DNA of 64,000 nucleotides from an uncultured Armatimonadetes bacterium (GCA_963717145.1 OY970325.1:2880001-2944000); one strand, 5' to 3'. Shown: positions 1-8,980, counted from the first letter of the stretch. Translations and numbers: made by a program. Notes: generated by a model from the letters alone, not told the origin.

Positions 1-976
1 GACCTGTGAGACGCCGTTGACCGCGAGGCGCACGTCCTCGACCATCTGTCCGGCGCTCAGCTCGGCGACGAGGAACCGCTTCCCCGCGAGGGCGAGTGCT
101 GAGAGTTGAGCGCTCGGGAACGGGAAGAGAGTGACCGGCCGAAAGAGTCCGACCTTCAGGCCCTTCTTCCTCGCGAGGCTCATGGTCGTGCGGCAGATGC
201 GGGCGGTGCTTCCATACGCCACGAGCACGATGTCCGCGTCCTCAGTCTCATATTCATCCCATCGGACGTCATCCCGGCAGGCGGCGGCATACTTCGCCTG
301 GATCTGCAGATTGATCGCCTCCAGGTCCTCCGGAACGATGTACAGGGAGGTGACGTATTCTGCTCGGTCGCCCCTTCGCGCCGGTCGTCGCCCACGGTTT
401 CTCGGGGATATTGGTCTCGATCGTCTCGGGCAGTTCGATCGGCTCGAGCATCTGGCCGACGATGGCATCCGAGAGCACCATCGCCGGGTTGCGATACTTG
501 TCGGCGAGATCGAATGCGAGCGCCGTGTGGTAGAACATCTCGGGGACAGACCACGGTGCGAGGGTCAGCAGCTTGTAGTCGCCGTGTCCCCCACCCTTCA
601 CTGCCTGGAAGTAGTCCGCCTGCGAGGGAGCGATGTTTCCGAGACCGGGGCCGCCTCGCTGGACATTCATGACGACGCAGGGGAGTTGAGCGCCCGCGAT
701 ATACGAGAGTCCCTCCATCTTGAGGCTTACTCCCGGGCTTGATGAGGAGGTCATCGCCCGGACGCCGGCACATGCCGCGCCGTAGACCATGTTGATCGCC
801 GCGATCTCGCTCTCGGCTTGCACGAACACGCCGCCGGCCTTTGGCATATAGAGCGACATGTACTCCGGCACTTCGTTCTGTGGGGTGATCGGATACCCGA
901 AGAACGCCCGGCATTGAGCGGCTATGGCGCCCCGCACGGCGGCTTCATTGCCTTTCATCAAAACTCGCTTTGCCAT
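1..976 (-). CDS. vorB: 2-oxoacid:ferredoxin oxidoreductase alpha subunit (VorB-like); +1 frameshift near 355, runs off the window edge
   Basis: ORF 269..976 begins [25 protein letters not shown] and has ESEIAA, TSSSSPG and QRGGPG motifs. After ..KGRPSRI the family-like sequence continues in another frame ([51 protein letters not shown]). Confidence 0.85.
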
Positions 977-977
977 G

Positions 978-1196
978 TTACTTATACACCTCGATTGCCA
1001 CGTCGGGGCACATCATCGCGCAGATGGCACACCCGCCGCATTCCTCCGATTCCTGGCCCTGAATCAAACTTGGGGTGGCGGGATGATGGCCCTTGGTGTT
1101 GAAATCTTCCGATATGGATATGAGCTTCCTGGGGCAGAACTCCACGCAGAGCCGGCAGCCCTTGCATCTTTCGATGTCGATTGTTATGTTAGCCAA
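978..1196 (-). CDS. 2x[4Fe-4S] ferredoxin-like delta subunit of the oxidoreductase
   Basis: Motifs [12 protein letters not shown] and [12 protein letters not shown]. Probable TTG start at 1196 after AAGGGG. Directly upstream of the alpha subunit. Confidence 0.9.
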   Translation of the reverse strand: MANITIDIERCKGCRLCVEFCPRKLISISEDFNTKGHHPATPSLIQGQESEECGGCAICAMMCPDVAIEVYK

Positions 1197-1217
1197 TTCT
1201 GTGAACCCCTTTCGTCC

Positions 1218-1315
1218 CCGCTGACCCCACCCCGGCCCTCCCCGCAACGGAGAGGGAGACTGATCCGCTACCCACTCCCTCTCCGTTGCGGGGAGGGCCG
1301 GGGTGGGGTCAGCGG
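1218..1315. repeat. Long palindrome (~41-bp arms, CCCTCCCCGCAACGGAGAGGGAG family), copy 1
   Basis: ccgctgaccccaccccggccctccccgcaacggagagggag ... ctccctctccgttgcggggagggccggggtggggtcagcgg; the arms are exact reverse complements. Confidence 0.9.
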
Positions 1316-3651
1316 TTGCCGAGATCCGCACAGGCCGCTCGCACTGCGATGATGTCCGTGAGCGGGCGATCATGGCGGGTCAGCATCAGATCTTTCGCCT
1401 GCGAACCATCCGAGCGCCCGACGATTCGTCCGGCGGAATCGGTGGCTCGGTATGCAAACTGGGAACTGGTTCCGCCGTCGAGCATGAATGCTCGCGATAT
1501 CTTCAACCGACGCGGGTAGTCATTGAACCGTCCAAGCATACCGCGCATCGCATCCTGGAGCCCGCCATCCGACGCAAGGAAATCAGCCATCCTGGACCAG
1601 GTACACGAACTTGCCGAAACGAGAAAGAAATGTCGCCGGCCTCCGCCGACATCATCCGAGAAAGCGATCGCCGTCCGCTGCAGTGGCAGGTCCACTGATA
1701 GGGACGAGCCCGGAAGGATCGGCGGCCACCACGGCGGAGGGTCCTGGGATCCCCCATCCTTCACCAGCAGGCCTACTGCCCCGCGCCCGTACGGATACGC
1801 CACCCTGATGCTTCGGGGCGCATGATAGGCGTCCGTCAGCTTCCGTTTCTCCCAATCAGAGAACACAAGCGACTTCTCGACTTCCGCCGAGGTGAAACCG
1901 CCGCCCGACCGCTCCATGCTAAACGCCCATAGCCCGGGCCTGAAGCTTGGCAGATGATAGTACCACCCGGCATCGGAAGCCATGTCGCCGACCGGTTGTA
2001 TCACCGGCAGCCCGATCAATCCGCCGTTCACCGCCGCACGGATCTCGCCCTTGCCAGTGCCGAACATCTCCGGCCCGACCTGGGTCGTTCCGCGCTTTAC
2101 CAGGAGGACTTCACGAGGCTCGTCTCTGACCCACGATATCGCGGCGCCCCCCATACCTGAGTTCGCCTTCCCGATCAGTTGTCCTCCCGGGGACGCTCTC
2201 TCAGCCCATCCGACATCGATCACTCGCTTGGCAATATCGTCAATCGCCTCCGCCCGGCACCAGGCCACGTAGAACTGCCCGGTTCGGAAGCCCTCGATCC
2301 GGTACCGAGGCGCGAGCACGGTGATCGGGAGCGCCCATCGGCTGGTCTGGTTCCTGTAGCGGAAAGCATAGTCGTCCAGGAAATCGAGGACGAACCGATA
2401 AGTGCCGTCGGGCGGCATCAGCTTCCTGGGCACACGGACCAACAGCGAGTGCTGAGCGCCTCGCGCGGAAGCATCGAGCCCATCGTGTCTGCCATTGTGC
2501 TCGCGGCATACCAGATCGGCGATATTCCACCGGAACAGCAGCTTCAGGCGAGGATCGAGCAGCCGAAGCTGTCCTCCTATGGCGTCGGCATCCTCGTTGT
2601 CCCTCAGCCGGTAGGAGACATAGTACTCGAAGAAATCATCGTCCGGCTTCCCGAGAGTGCCGTTATCCCGCTCGCCGACAAACTCCGCCTCATCGGTCAG
2701 GCGACCGTCATCCATGCGCGCCCGTCCCGCCGTCAAATGGGGCCGCGACCGCCCGTTCGCGAAATCGCCACTCCGATACGATGCGGAATCACCGTCCGAC
2801 TCCTGGGTGACCTCGACCTCATAGGTATATACGCCAGGGCGCACGTATGAGTTACGGCTATCCTTGCCGTCCCACTTGAAAGTCCACGTCAGCGACCTGG
2901 CCTGCGGGTCGTGGCCGGCGATGTTCGCGGTGAACGTCCGAAGGGGTCTCTCGTAACTGGCGGCGACTTCGGTCGGGTATAGCTTAAGGGTCAGTCTGAC
3001 CGGATCGCCATGGAGATCGTCATCCTTCAGGTGTATGGTGATCGGCCGAGTACGGCCTTCCTCGCCCTGCCACAGCACGAACGACTCGGGATCACAGGAC
3101 GAGACTTCCAGGTCGAGGATCGTGAATATCTGCTCGGCGAAGGCATTCGCGTTGCCGGCATCTGCGTCCACGCGCAGCACGTACTGACCGTTTGGCACAG
3201 ACCGGGTGTTCCACTCCCAACTGTAGACCGCCGTGGTGGTTCCCGAATCGCCGTCGGTCCTGGTGGAGTCGGGCTGCGGGGGAGCGCCCTTGCTCAACTG
3301 AGTCCAGTTCGAGGGCCACTTGGGACTATCCTGGCCGATCCTGACGCTGAGGCCCGAGAGATCGGCGTCGCGGGTGACAATCCTGATCACGATGTTGACA
3401 TCGCCTCCCACCGACCTTCCACTCGATGGGCTGACAACCGCCACCTCAGCAATACTGTCGGAACCGGACTGACCGCCGGTCCGACCGGCATTCTTCCCAT
3501 TGGCCGGCGGGGCCTGCGTACGATCTTTCTTCGAAGTGGATGGCGCTCTCAACGCCGAGGACAGGAACAGCAGACCGAGGATGACGACCATCGAGCCGAC
3601 CACGATGGCAGGCGTTCTGATGGCCGAGTTTGCGCGAAAAAGTCTCATCAT
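1309..3651 (-). CDS. Membrane-anchored or secreted multidomain protein: Ig-like and FlgD-like domains plus C-terminal phosphodiester glycosidase (NAGPA-like) domain
   Basis: N-terminal hydrophobic helix; WNTRSVPNGQY (Ig-like); WDGKDSRNSYVRPGVYTY (FlgD-Ig-like); C-terminal AVNGG, RTAIA and MLDGGTSS resembling NAGPA motifs. Start moved to MMRLF (uncertain). Confidence 0.6.
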   Translation of the reverse strand: MMRLFRANSAIRTPAIVVGSMVVILGLLFLSSALRAPSTSKKDRTQAPPANGKNAGRTGGQSGSDSIAEVAVVSPSSGRSVGGDVNIVIRIVTRDADLSGLSVRIGQDSPKWPSNWTQLSKGAPPQPDSTRTDGDSGTTTAVYSWEWNTRSVPNGQYVLRVDADAGNANAFAEQIFTILDLEVSSCDPESFVLWQGEEGRTRPITIHLKDDDLHGDPVRLTLKLYPTEVAASYERPLRTFTANIAGHDPQARSLTWTFKWDGKDSRNSYVRPGVYTYEVEVTQESDGDSASYRSGDFANGRSRPHLTAGRARMDDGRLTDEAEFVGERDNGTLGKPDDDFFEYYVSYRLRDNEDADAIGGQLRLLDPRLKLLFRWNIADLVCREHNGRHDGLDASARGAQHSLLVRVPRKLMPPDGTYRFVLDFLDDYAFRYRNQTSRWALPITVLAPRYRIEGFRTGQFYVAWCRAEAIDDIAKRVIDVGWAERASPGGQLIGKANSGMGGAAISWVRDEPREVLLVKRGTTQVGPEMFGTGKGEIRAAVNGGLIGLPVIQPVGDMASDAGWYYHLPSFRPGLWAFSMERSGGGFTSAEVEKSLVFSDWEKRKLTDAYHAPRSIRVAYPYGRGAVGLLVKDGGSQDPPPWWPPILPGSSLSVDLPLQRTAIAFSDDVGGGRRHFFLVSASSCTWSRMADFLASDGGLQDAMRGMLGRFNDYPRRLKISRAFMLDGGTSSQFAYRATDSAGRIVGRSDGSQAKDLMLTRHDRPLTDIIAVRAACADLGNR

Positions 3652-3751
3652 ACCTGTGATCCGATCCCCGCCAAATACGCCATAATCCTCGCCTCTCGAC
3701 AAGTCGATGATAGCGCATTCGAGCATCGGATTGCAAGCGAAGTACAAAGTG

Positions 3752-3858
3752 CCGGAATACCCCTCCCCAGCCCTCCCCGCAACGGAGAGGGAGTTGCTCG
3801 CGGCTGCCGATGGTGCTCCCTCTCCGTTGCGGGGAGGGGCTGGGGAGGGGTATTCCGG
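3752..3858. repeat. Long palindrome, same family as 1218..1315, copy 2
   Basis: ccggaatacccctccccagccctccccgcaacggagagggag ... ctccctctccgttgcggggaggggctggggaggggtattccgg; shares the ccctccccgcaacggagagggag core with copy 1. Confidence 0.9.
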
Positions 3859-3874
3859 GCTCTCTCAGGCGTGG

Positions 3875-5164
3875 CTAAGACTCCTGGGTGGCTGACCACC
3901 GCTCGTATGCGAGACGCCATTTCCAGTAGAGGACGGCAGCCGTGAATATGACGACCAGGCCCATCATGAGCAGGATGGCGCTGCGGCGATGACTCGCATC
4001 GAGCGCCGCCGCGGCGGCTTTGCTCACGCTGCTGATGGTGGCAATCGCAGGGCTGATCGCCTCCTGGACCTTGGCTGTAGTGACTGTATGCTGCAGAGCC
4101 CGAGCCGAAACGAGGTTTGTGCGGGCATTCTCCAGTTCCGCAACCTGGTCCTGCACGTCCATGTTGGCGGCTTCGGCTCTTTTGAGGGCGGCGGCCGCCC
4201 GATTGTAGTCCTCTTCTAGCCCCTGGATCAGCCCGTGGATCTTCGTTGCCTCGCGAAGCGCGGGAGTCCCCTCTTTGTGACAGCTCCCGCAGTGCCGAGC
4301 GCTGTCCCCGACGAGCATGTCATCCGTCGGCTTGATGATGGCATGGTTATCGTGGCAGTTGACACATCTCGGAACGCCGGTCTTCTGGAAGGCCATGTTA
4401 TGCGCGCCCTGGATAAAGTACTCCTGCGTCTTGGAGTGGCAAGTTCCACAGACGTTCACCACCTCTTTCACACCGGGAGGAGTTGCGCCATGTGTGCCAT
4501 GACAGTCTGAGCACGCCGGAGCGGAAAGGTCTCCATCCTTGAACAGCTTCTGAGCATGGTAGCTCTTCATGTAGTTCTCATACTGGTCCGTCGGGATGCC
4601 GTAGGATGCCATGTGCTTCGGATCGGCGTGACACTTTGCGCATGTCTTGGGGATGTTGGTCTTGTAGACTGAGGAAAGAACGTCATCCTTCGCCCGAATG
4701 CCATGTGTTCCGTGGCAGTCGGTGCATGCGGCGACTTTGACATCGCCCTCCTCGAGCAGGCGTTTGCCGTGGACGCTCTGCTTGTACTCGGCGAACTGGC
4801 TCATGGATGAAACGTTGAACTGCCGCATGTACTTGGGATTGGCATGGCATTTCGCGCACAGGGCCGGGATATCCTGTTTCCTGGGGGTGCCTTTGAAGTC
4901 CGGCGCATTCCTCATCGCTCCCATCGACGGGTCGCTGGAATTGCCTCCATGGCAGTCCGTGCAGAGTATGCCCTTCTTGGCATGGATGCCGTCTTTCCAC
5001 TCCGCCACTACGCGGAGCGACGCCCTGCCCATGTAGCTGTGACAGTCCAGACAACTGTTCCTGGTCGCCGCCTGGGCCGGGCCGGTGGCCGTCAGGGATG
5101 CTGCCAGGACGGATACTGCAAAGCAGATCAGCGTTCGCCTAATACCTTTTGTCATCGCCGTCAC
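3875..5164 (-). CDS. Nine-heme c-type cytochrome with signal peptide, C-terminal helical region and TM anchor
   Basis: Nine CxxCH motifs counted: CLDCH, CTDCH, CAKCH, CTDCH, CAKCH, CSDCH, CGTCH, CVNCH, CGSCH. AQA signal cleavage site. C-terminal hydrophobic helix. Confidence 0.9.
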   Translation of the reverse strand: MTAMTKGIRRTLICFAVSVLAASLTATGPAQAATRNSCLDCHSYMGRASLRVVAEWKDGIHAKKGILCTDCHGGNSSDPSMGAMRNAPDFKGTPRKQDIPALCAKCHANPKYMRQFNVSSMSQFAEYKQSVHGKRLLEEGDVKVAACTDCHGTHGIRAKDDVLSSVYKTNIPKTCAKCHADPKHMASYGIPTDQYENYMKSYHAQKLFKDGDLSAPACSDCHGTHGATPPGVKEVVNVCGTCHSKTQEYFIQGAHNMAFQKTGVPRCVNCHDNHAIIKPTDDMLVGDSARHCGSCHKEGTPALREATKIHGLIQGLEEDYNRAAAALKRAEAANMDVQDQVAELENARTNLVSARALQHTVTTAKVQEAISPAIATISSVSKAAAAALDASHRRSAILLMMGLVVIFTAAVLYWKWRLAYERWSATQES

Positions 5165-5173
5165 TCCTACCTA

Positions 5174-5620
5174 CTACGAGTACTTGCCCCAGAACATCAA
5201 GAATAGTACGGACGCGATCCCGATCACGCCTATCGCTATGGCAAAGGGCCGCTTCCTGGGCTTCCTCTCCGGGTTGCGGTCGATGAACGGTATCAGCACG
5301 AGGATCAGCATCACGAGGCCCTGAAGGATGATCGAGAAGGCGCGCCCTTCCCCGAGGATGACCTTGACCCCCGGGATCGAGTTCAGCACGGGCATCTCGG
5401 GAGGAAAGAGCTTGAGGAACTGGTAGGGCGCGAGGAAATACCACTCGGGCTTGATGTGCGCGGGTGTCGTGATGGGATCCGCCTTGGGATGCAGTTGGGG
5501 CGGGAGAAGGGCAAGCAATACCAGCAGCAGACCGAAAACCAGGTATGCCGCGGTCACTTCCTTGGTAATATGGTTCGGAAAGAACGGTTCTCCAGGTACG
5601 TAGTCTTCGTGCTCAGCCAT
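5174..5620 (-). CDS. petD: Cytochrome b6-type complex subunit IV
   Basis: GEPFFPNH, ADPITTPAHIKPEWYF (PEWY motif), PFIDR; three TM helices. Confidence 0.9.
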   Translation of the reverse strand: MAEHEDYVPGEPFFPNHITKEVTAAYLVFGLLLVLLALLPPQLHPKADPITTPAHIKPEWYFLAPYQFLKLFPPEMPVLNSIPGVKVILGEGRAFSIILQGLVMLILVLIPFIDRNPERKPRKRPFAIAIGVIGIASVLFLMFWGKYS

Positions 5621-5630
5621 TATCGTCCTC

Positions 5631-5826
5631 CATTCCCTGTAGGGGCGAGCCTTGTGCCGCCCCCTACCATCTCCATTCCTGTAGGGGCGTGCCTTGTGCC
5701 GCCCCCTACCATCTCCATTCCTGTAGGGGCGTGCCTTGTGCCGCCCCCTACCATCCCCATTCGTGTAGATGCGAGCCTTGTGCCGCCCTCATCATCTTGC
5801 TGGGCGGCGCAAGGCACGCCCCTACA
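5631..5826. repeat. GTAG-REP-like array (family A): four 42-bp direct units plus one inverted unit
   Basis: GTAGGGGCGTGCCTTGTGCCGCCC-type units start at 5639, 5681, 5723 and 5765. The inverted unit gggcggcgcaaggcacgcccctac ends at 5825. Confidence 0.9.
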
Positions 5827-5834
5827 GCCCTTCC

Positions 5835-6578
5835 TCAAAGCGGACCGGAAATCCCCTGACGTCGGATCATCAGGAAGTGCAAAGCGAGTAGAAGTATGGT
5901 AGCCACCGGTAGGATGATGACGTGACCGGCGAAGAAGCGAGTCAGCGTCTCGCCCGTTACCATCTCCCCGCCGCGCATCATCAGAAGCATGGGTTCGCCC
6001 ACGAGGGGAACCGCTCCGGCTATCTGGCTGCCCACGGTCGTAGCCCAATAGGCAACCTGGTCCCATGGCAGCAGGTAACCGGTAAAGCCGAACGCCAGCG
6101 TTATCCCCATCAGCCCGACACCGACCACCCAGTTGAGTTCTCTGGGGGGCTTATACGCCCCATAGAAGTACACCCTGAACATGTGAAGCAGCACCATGAG
6201 GATCATCCCATTGGCTGCCCAATGGTGGATCCCGCGAATCAGCCAGCCGAAAGTCACATGGTTCGTGATGTGCCGAACGCTCTCGTATGCGCCATCCGGG
6301 GTCGGCCTGTAGTAGAGAGTAAGCAGAATCCCCGTGAAGACCTGAATGATAAAGAGGAAGAAGGTGAGCCCACCGAAGCAGAAGCTCCAGTTGATGTGCT
6401 TGGGCACAGGCTTCTTCATTGCCTTGTTGAGTGCATCTCGGAACTCGAGCCGTCTGTCGAGCCCACCGTATATCAGGCCCGAGGCAGACAGAAGCCAGCC
6501 GAGAACCTGGTTCACGTCTATCCGCTCATTGAACCAACTGTACAATCGCGAGAGAAAGCCCTTGTTTTTCTTCATCAT
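5835..6578 (-). CDS. petB: Cytochrome b6 (split cytochrome b, N-terminal part)
   Basis: NWSFCFGG, GWLIRGIHHWAA, LHMFRV, FTGYLLPWDQ, RFFAGHV..LHFLMIRRQGISGPL. ATG at 6578 overlaps the Rieske stop (ATGA). Confidence 0.93.
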   Translation of the reverse strand: MMKKNKGFLSRLYSWFNERIDVNQVLGWLLSASGLIYGGLDRRLEFRDALNKAMKKPVPKHINWSFCFGGLTFFLFIIQVFTGILLTLYYRPTPDGAYESVRHITNHVTFGWLIRGIHHWAANGMILMVLLHMFRVYFYGAYKPPRELNWVVGVGLMGITLAFGFTGYLLPWDQVAYWATTVGSQIAGAVPLVGEPMLLMMRGGEMVTGETLTRFFAGHVIILPVATILLLALHFLMIRRQGISGPL

Positions 6579-7066
6579 GCCCACCCTCCGATATAGATTA
6601 TACAGCCGTCGATGATGACCTTGAGTTCGGGAAGAGGCTTCGGTGCGGGTCCCGAGACGACCTTGCCGTTTGCATCGAAAACAGCGGCATGGCATGGGCA
6701 GAGAAACGTCTTGCTCTTGTCCTCCCACACGATTGCGCACTGAAGATGCGTGCAGACCCGACTGAATGCCTTGAACTTACCGCCAACATTGACGACCGCA
6801 CAGGGCACGCTATTGTAGACGAAGCTCTTTGACCCTCCGTCCGGTATCTCCGTAGTCTCACCGATCTCGACCTTGTCCGAGGTGCCGCCGATCGCCTGTT
6901 TGGGCGGGATCAGGTAGCGAACTACCGCGTTGAGTATGCTAATGCCGGCCCCGACGAACGTTGAGGCAACAAGGAGATTTGCCAGAAACTCTCGGCGCGT
7001 TATCCCTTCAATCTGCTCCGGGGTCGTATTGCCGGGACTCATAGGAACGTCTGTCATATCGGCCAT
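6575..7066 (-). CDS. petC: Rieske [2Fe-2S] protein with Tat motif
   Basis: TRREFL Tat motif; CTHLQC and CPCH boxes; SGPAPKPL. ATG at 7066 after GGAGG. Confidence 0.92.
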   Translation of the reverse strand: MADMTDVPMSPGNTTPEQIEGITRREFLANLLVASTFVGAGISILNAVVRYLIPPKQAIGGTSDKVEIGETTEIPDGGSKSFVYNSVPCAVVNVGGKFKAFSRVCTHLQCAIVWEDKSKTFLCPCHAAVFDANGKVVSGPAPKPLPELKVIIDGCIIYIGGWA

Positions 7067-7118
7067 TTCCCGAACCACCTCCCTGGCCGTGATGGGTATC
7101 TACACGGCCATCGCGCTT

Positions 7119-7153
7119 TTGTGAATTTTATAACATTGCCGCCAATATTGCAA
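7119..7153 (-). promoter_or_regulatory. Sigma70-type promoter (TTGCAA-17-TAAAAT) of the Rieske/b6 operon, overlapped by a Rex-like operator
   Basis: -35 at 7148-7153 and -10 at 7125-7130 with a 17-bp spacer. TTGTGAATTTTATAACAT at 7119-7136 resembles the Rex consensus TTGTGAAnnnnTTCACAA. Confidence 0.6.
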
Positions 7154-7165
7154 GAGATAGTTTAA

Positions 7166-8866
7166 CTATTTTTCACGAACTTGCGGACGATGAACGGGCG
7201 TCTTGAGCATCTCGCGAGCGTGAGAGACCGCCGTCTCGGTTGGAGTCACCCCGCCAAGCATCCGGGCGAGTTCCTCGACGCGCTCCTCATCTCCCAGCCG
7301 TCTGACCCGGACGACGGTTCGACCTTCCGCGAGCTGCTTCTCGATCTGGAAGTGATCCGCCGGCCTGCTCGCGATCTGAGGCAGATGTGTGATGCAGAGC
7401 ACCTGCGAGTTCCCCGACAGCAACTGGAGCTTGTCGGCGATGACTTCGGCGGTCCGCCCGCCGACGCCGACGTCGATCTCGTCGAATATGAGCGTTGGAA
7501 GCCTCTCCGCCGATGCGATCACCGACTTGATGCCGAGCATGATCCTGGACATCTCGCCGCCGGACGCGATCTTTGCGAGCGGCTTGACCGGCTCGCCGGG
7601 ATTCGCCGAGATCAGAAACTCGATCTTGTCTATACCCATCGAGTCAATATCCTTATCCTCGCGGGAGACTTCGAATGAAGCGCTGGGCATGCTCAGGCTC
7701 TCGAGTTCCTTGACGATCCGAGTCGCGAAATCCTTCCCGCCACTGCAGCGGATATCGGAGAGCTTGCGCGCATGTTCCACGGCCTCGGTCCTTACGCGCT
7801 CGATCTCCGCGGCCAGCTCTTCGGTGCGTTCCTCGCTGTGCACGAGGGCATCGAGTTTGCGCTCGATCTCCTGTCCGTACACGAGGACCTCCTCGATGGT
7901 CTCTCCGTACTTGCGCTTGAGCGTCCGGAGCAGGTCGAGCCGCTCCTCGACGGTTTCCAGGCGCTCAGGGCTGAACTCGACGGCGTCCCGGTAGCTCCGA
8001 AGCTCGCGGGAGGCGTCCTCCACCTGATAGAGCGCGGACTGCAGGCCTTCGACTGAGGGCTGGAGCTGCGGTTCCAGTGCCGCCAGATCCTGCAGGGCAT
8101 TCACGGCCTCACTGAGCTTGTCGAGCGCGCAGACATCCTGCGCTCGGTCGCCGATGGCCTCAAATGCCGTCGACGCGGCGGAATGGAGCTTCTCTGCGTT
8201 GGCGAGCCGGGTCCTGTCCGCCTGGAGTTCGTCTTCCTCGCCGGGCATCAGTCCGGCGCTCTTGATCTCCTCGATCTGGAACTGGTAGAGGTCTATCGAT
8301 CGGGCACGCTCGCGCTGGTCGTTCTCGAGCTGCGTCACCTCGTTCTGCAGGGCCCGAAGGCGGGCATATGCCTCACTGACGAGCGCGCGCTCCGTGAGGG
8401 CGTCCGGGCCGCACCATTCGTCGAGCATATCGAGGTGGCGCTCGGACCGAAGGAGCGACTGATGATCGTGCTGGCCGTGGATATCGACGAGGCGGTCGGT
8501 GATCGCTTTGAGCAGGGAGACTGTCGAGGGGCGTCCATTGATCCGACACTGCGACTTCCCGCCCCGTAGCAGTTCGCGGCTCACGATGATGCGCCCGTCT
8601 TCCGGGGCAAACCCGGCCTCATCGAGCGCAGACCTCCCCTCGATGTCCAGTGCGGTGACATCGATGACCGCCTCGATGATCGAGCGGTCACACCCGCTTC
8701 GGATCGCCTCCGTGTCGGCCCGCTCCCCGAGCGCTACGTTGATCGCATCCACGATGATCGACTTGCCCGAGCCGGTCTCGCCCGTGAGGATGTTGAGCCC
8801 CGGACCAAACGTAAGGTCGAGGCTGTCGATCACCGCGAAGTCTTTGATATAGAGCTGCTGAATCAT
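7166..8866 (-). CDS. recN: DNA repair protein RecN
   Basis: LTGETGSGKS Walker A, IHGQHDHQ, ASGGEMSR, IFDEIDVGVGG, CITHLPQIA. Confidence 0.97.
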   Translation of the reverse strand: MIQQLYIKDFAVIDSLDLTFGPGLNILTGETGSGKSIIVDAINVALGERADTEAIRSGCDRSIIEAVIDVTALDIEGRSALDEAGFAPEDGRIIVSRELLRGGKSQCRINGRPSTVSLLKAITDRLVDIHGQHDHQSLLRSERHLDMLDEWCGPDALTERALVSEAYARLRALQNEVTQLENDQRERARSIDLYQFQIEEIKSAGLMPGEEDELQADRTRLANAEKLHSAASTAFEAIGDRAQDVCALDKLSEAVNALQDLAALEPQLQPSVEGLQSALYQVEDASRELRSYRDAVEFSPERLETVEERLDLLRTLKRKYGETIEEVLVYGQEIERKLDALVHSEERTEELAAEIERVRTEAVEHARKLSDIRCSGGKDFATRIVKELESLSMPSASFEVSREDKDIDSMGIDKIEFLISANPGEPVKPLAKIASGGEMSRIMLGIKSVIASAERLPTLIFDEIDVGVGGRTAEVIADKLQLLSGNSQVLCITHLPQIASRPADHFQIEKQLAEGRTVVRVRRLGDEERVEELARMLGGVTPTETAVSHAREMLKTPVHRPQVREK

Positions 8867-8878
8867 CGTTCCACCGGA

Positions 8879-8980
8879 ATGTTGATGGTTGATGGTTCAT
8901 GGTTCATGGCGGACGGAAGCCGGATTCCCATTAACCATTCCCCTACCCCATCAACCATAAACCATCAGCCATCAACCATT
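8879..8980. repeat. Inverted pair of heptamer tandem repeats (GATGGTT/AACCATC)
   Basis: gttgatggttgatggttcatggttcatgg ... ccatcaaccataaaccatcagccatcaaccat; overlaps the nadK stop codon. Confidence 0.8.

Noticed and set aside
5631..5826. Possible CRISPR array (also 20428..20594 and 44383..44449)
   Set aside because: The inter-repeat sequences are short and near-identical rather than unique spacers. The longer arrays include inverted units, units start with GTAG, and no cas genes are present. These are REP-like.
5620..6066. ORFs 5620..6066 (-) and 5456..5902 (+) with repeated peptides
   Set aside because: They are translations of the 42-bp REP array overlapping petB/petD.
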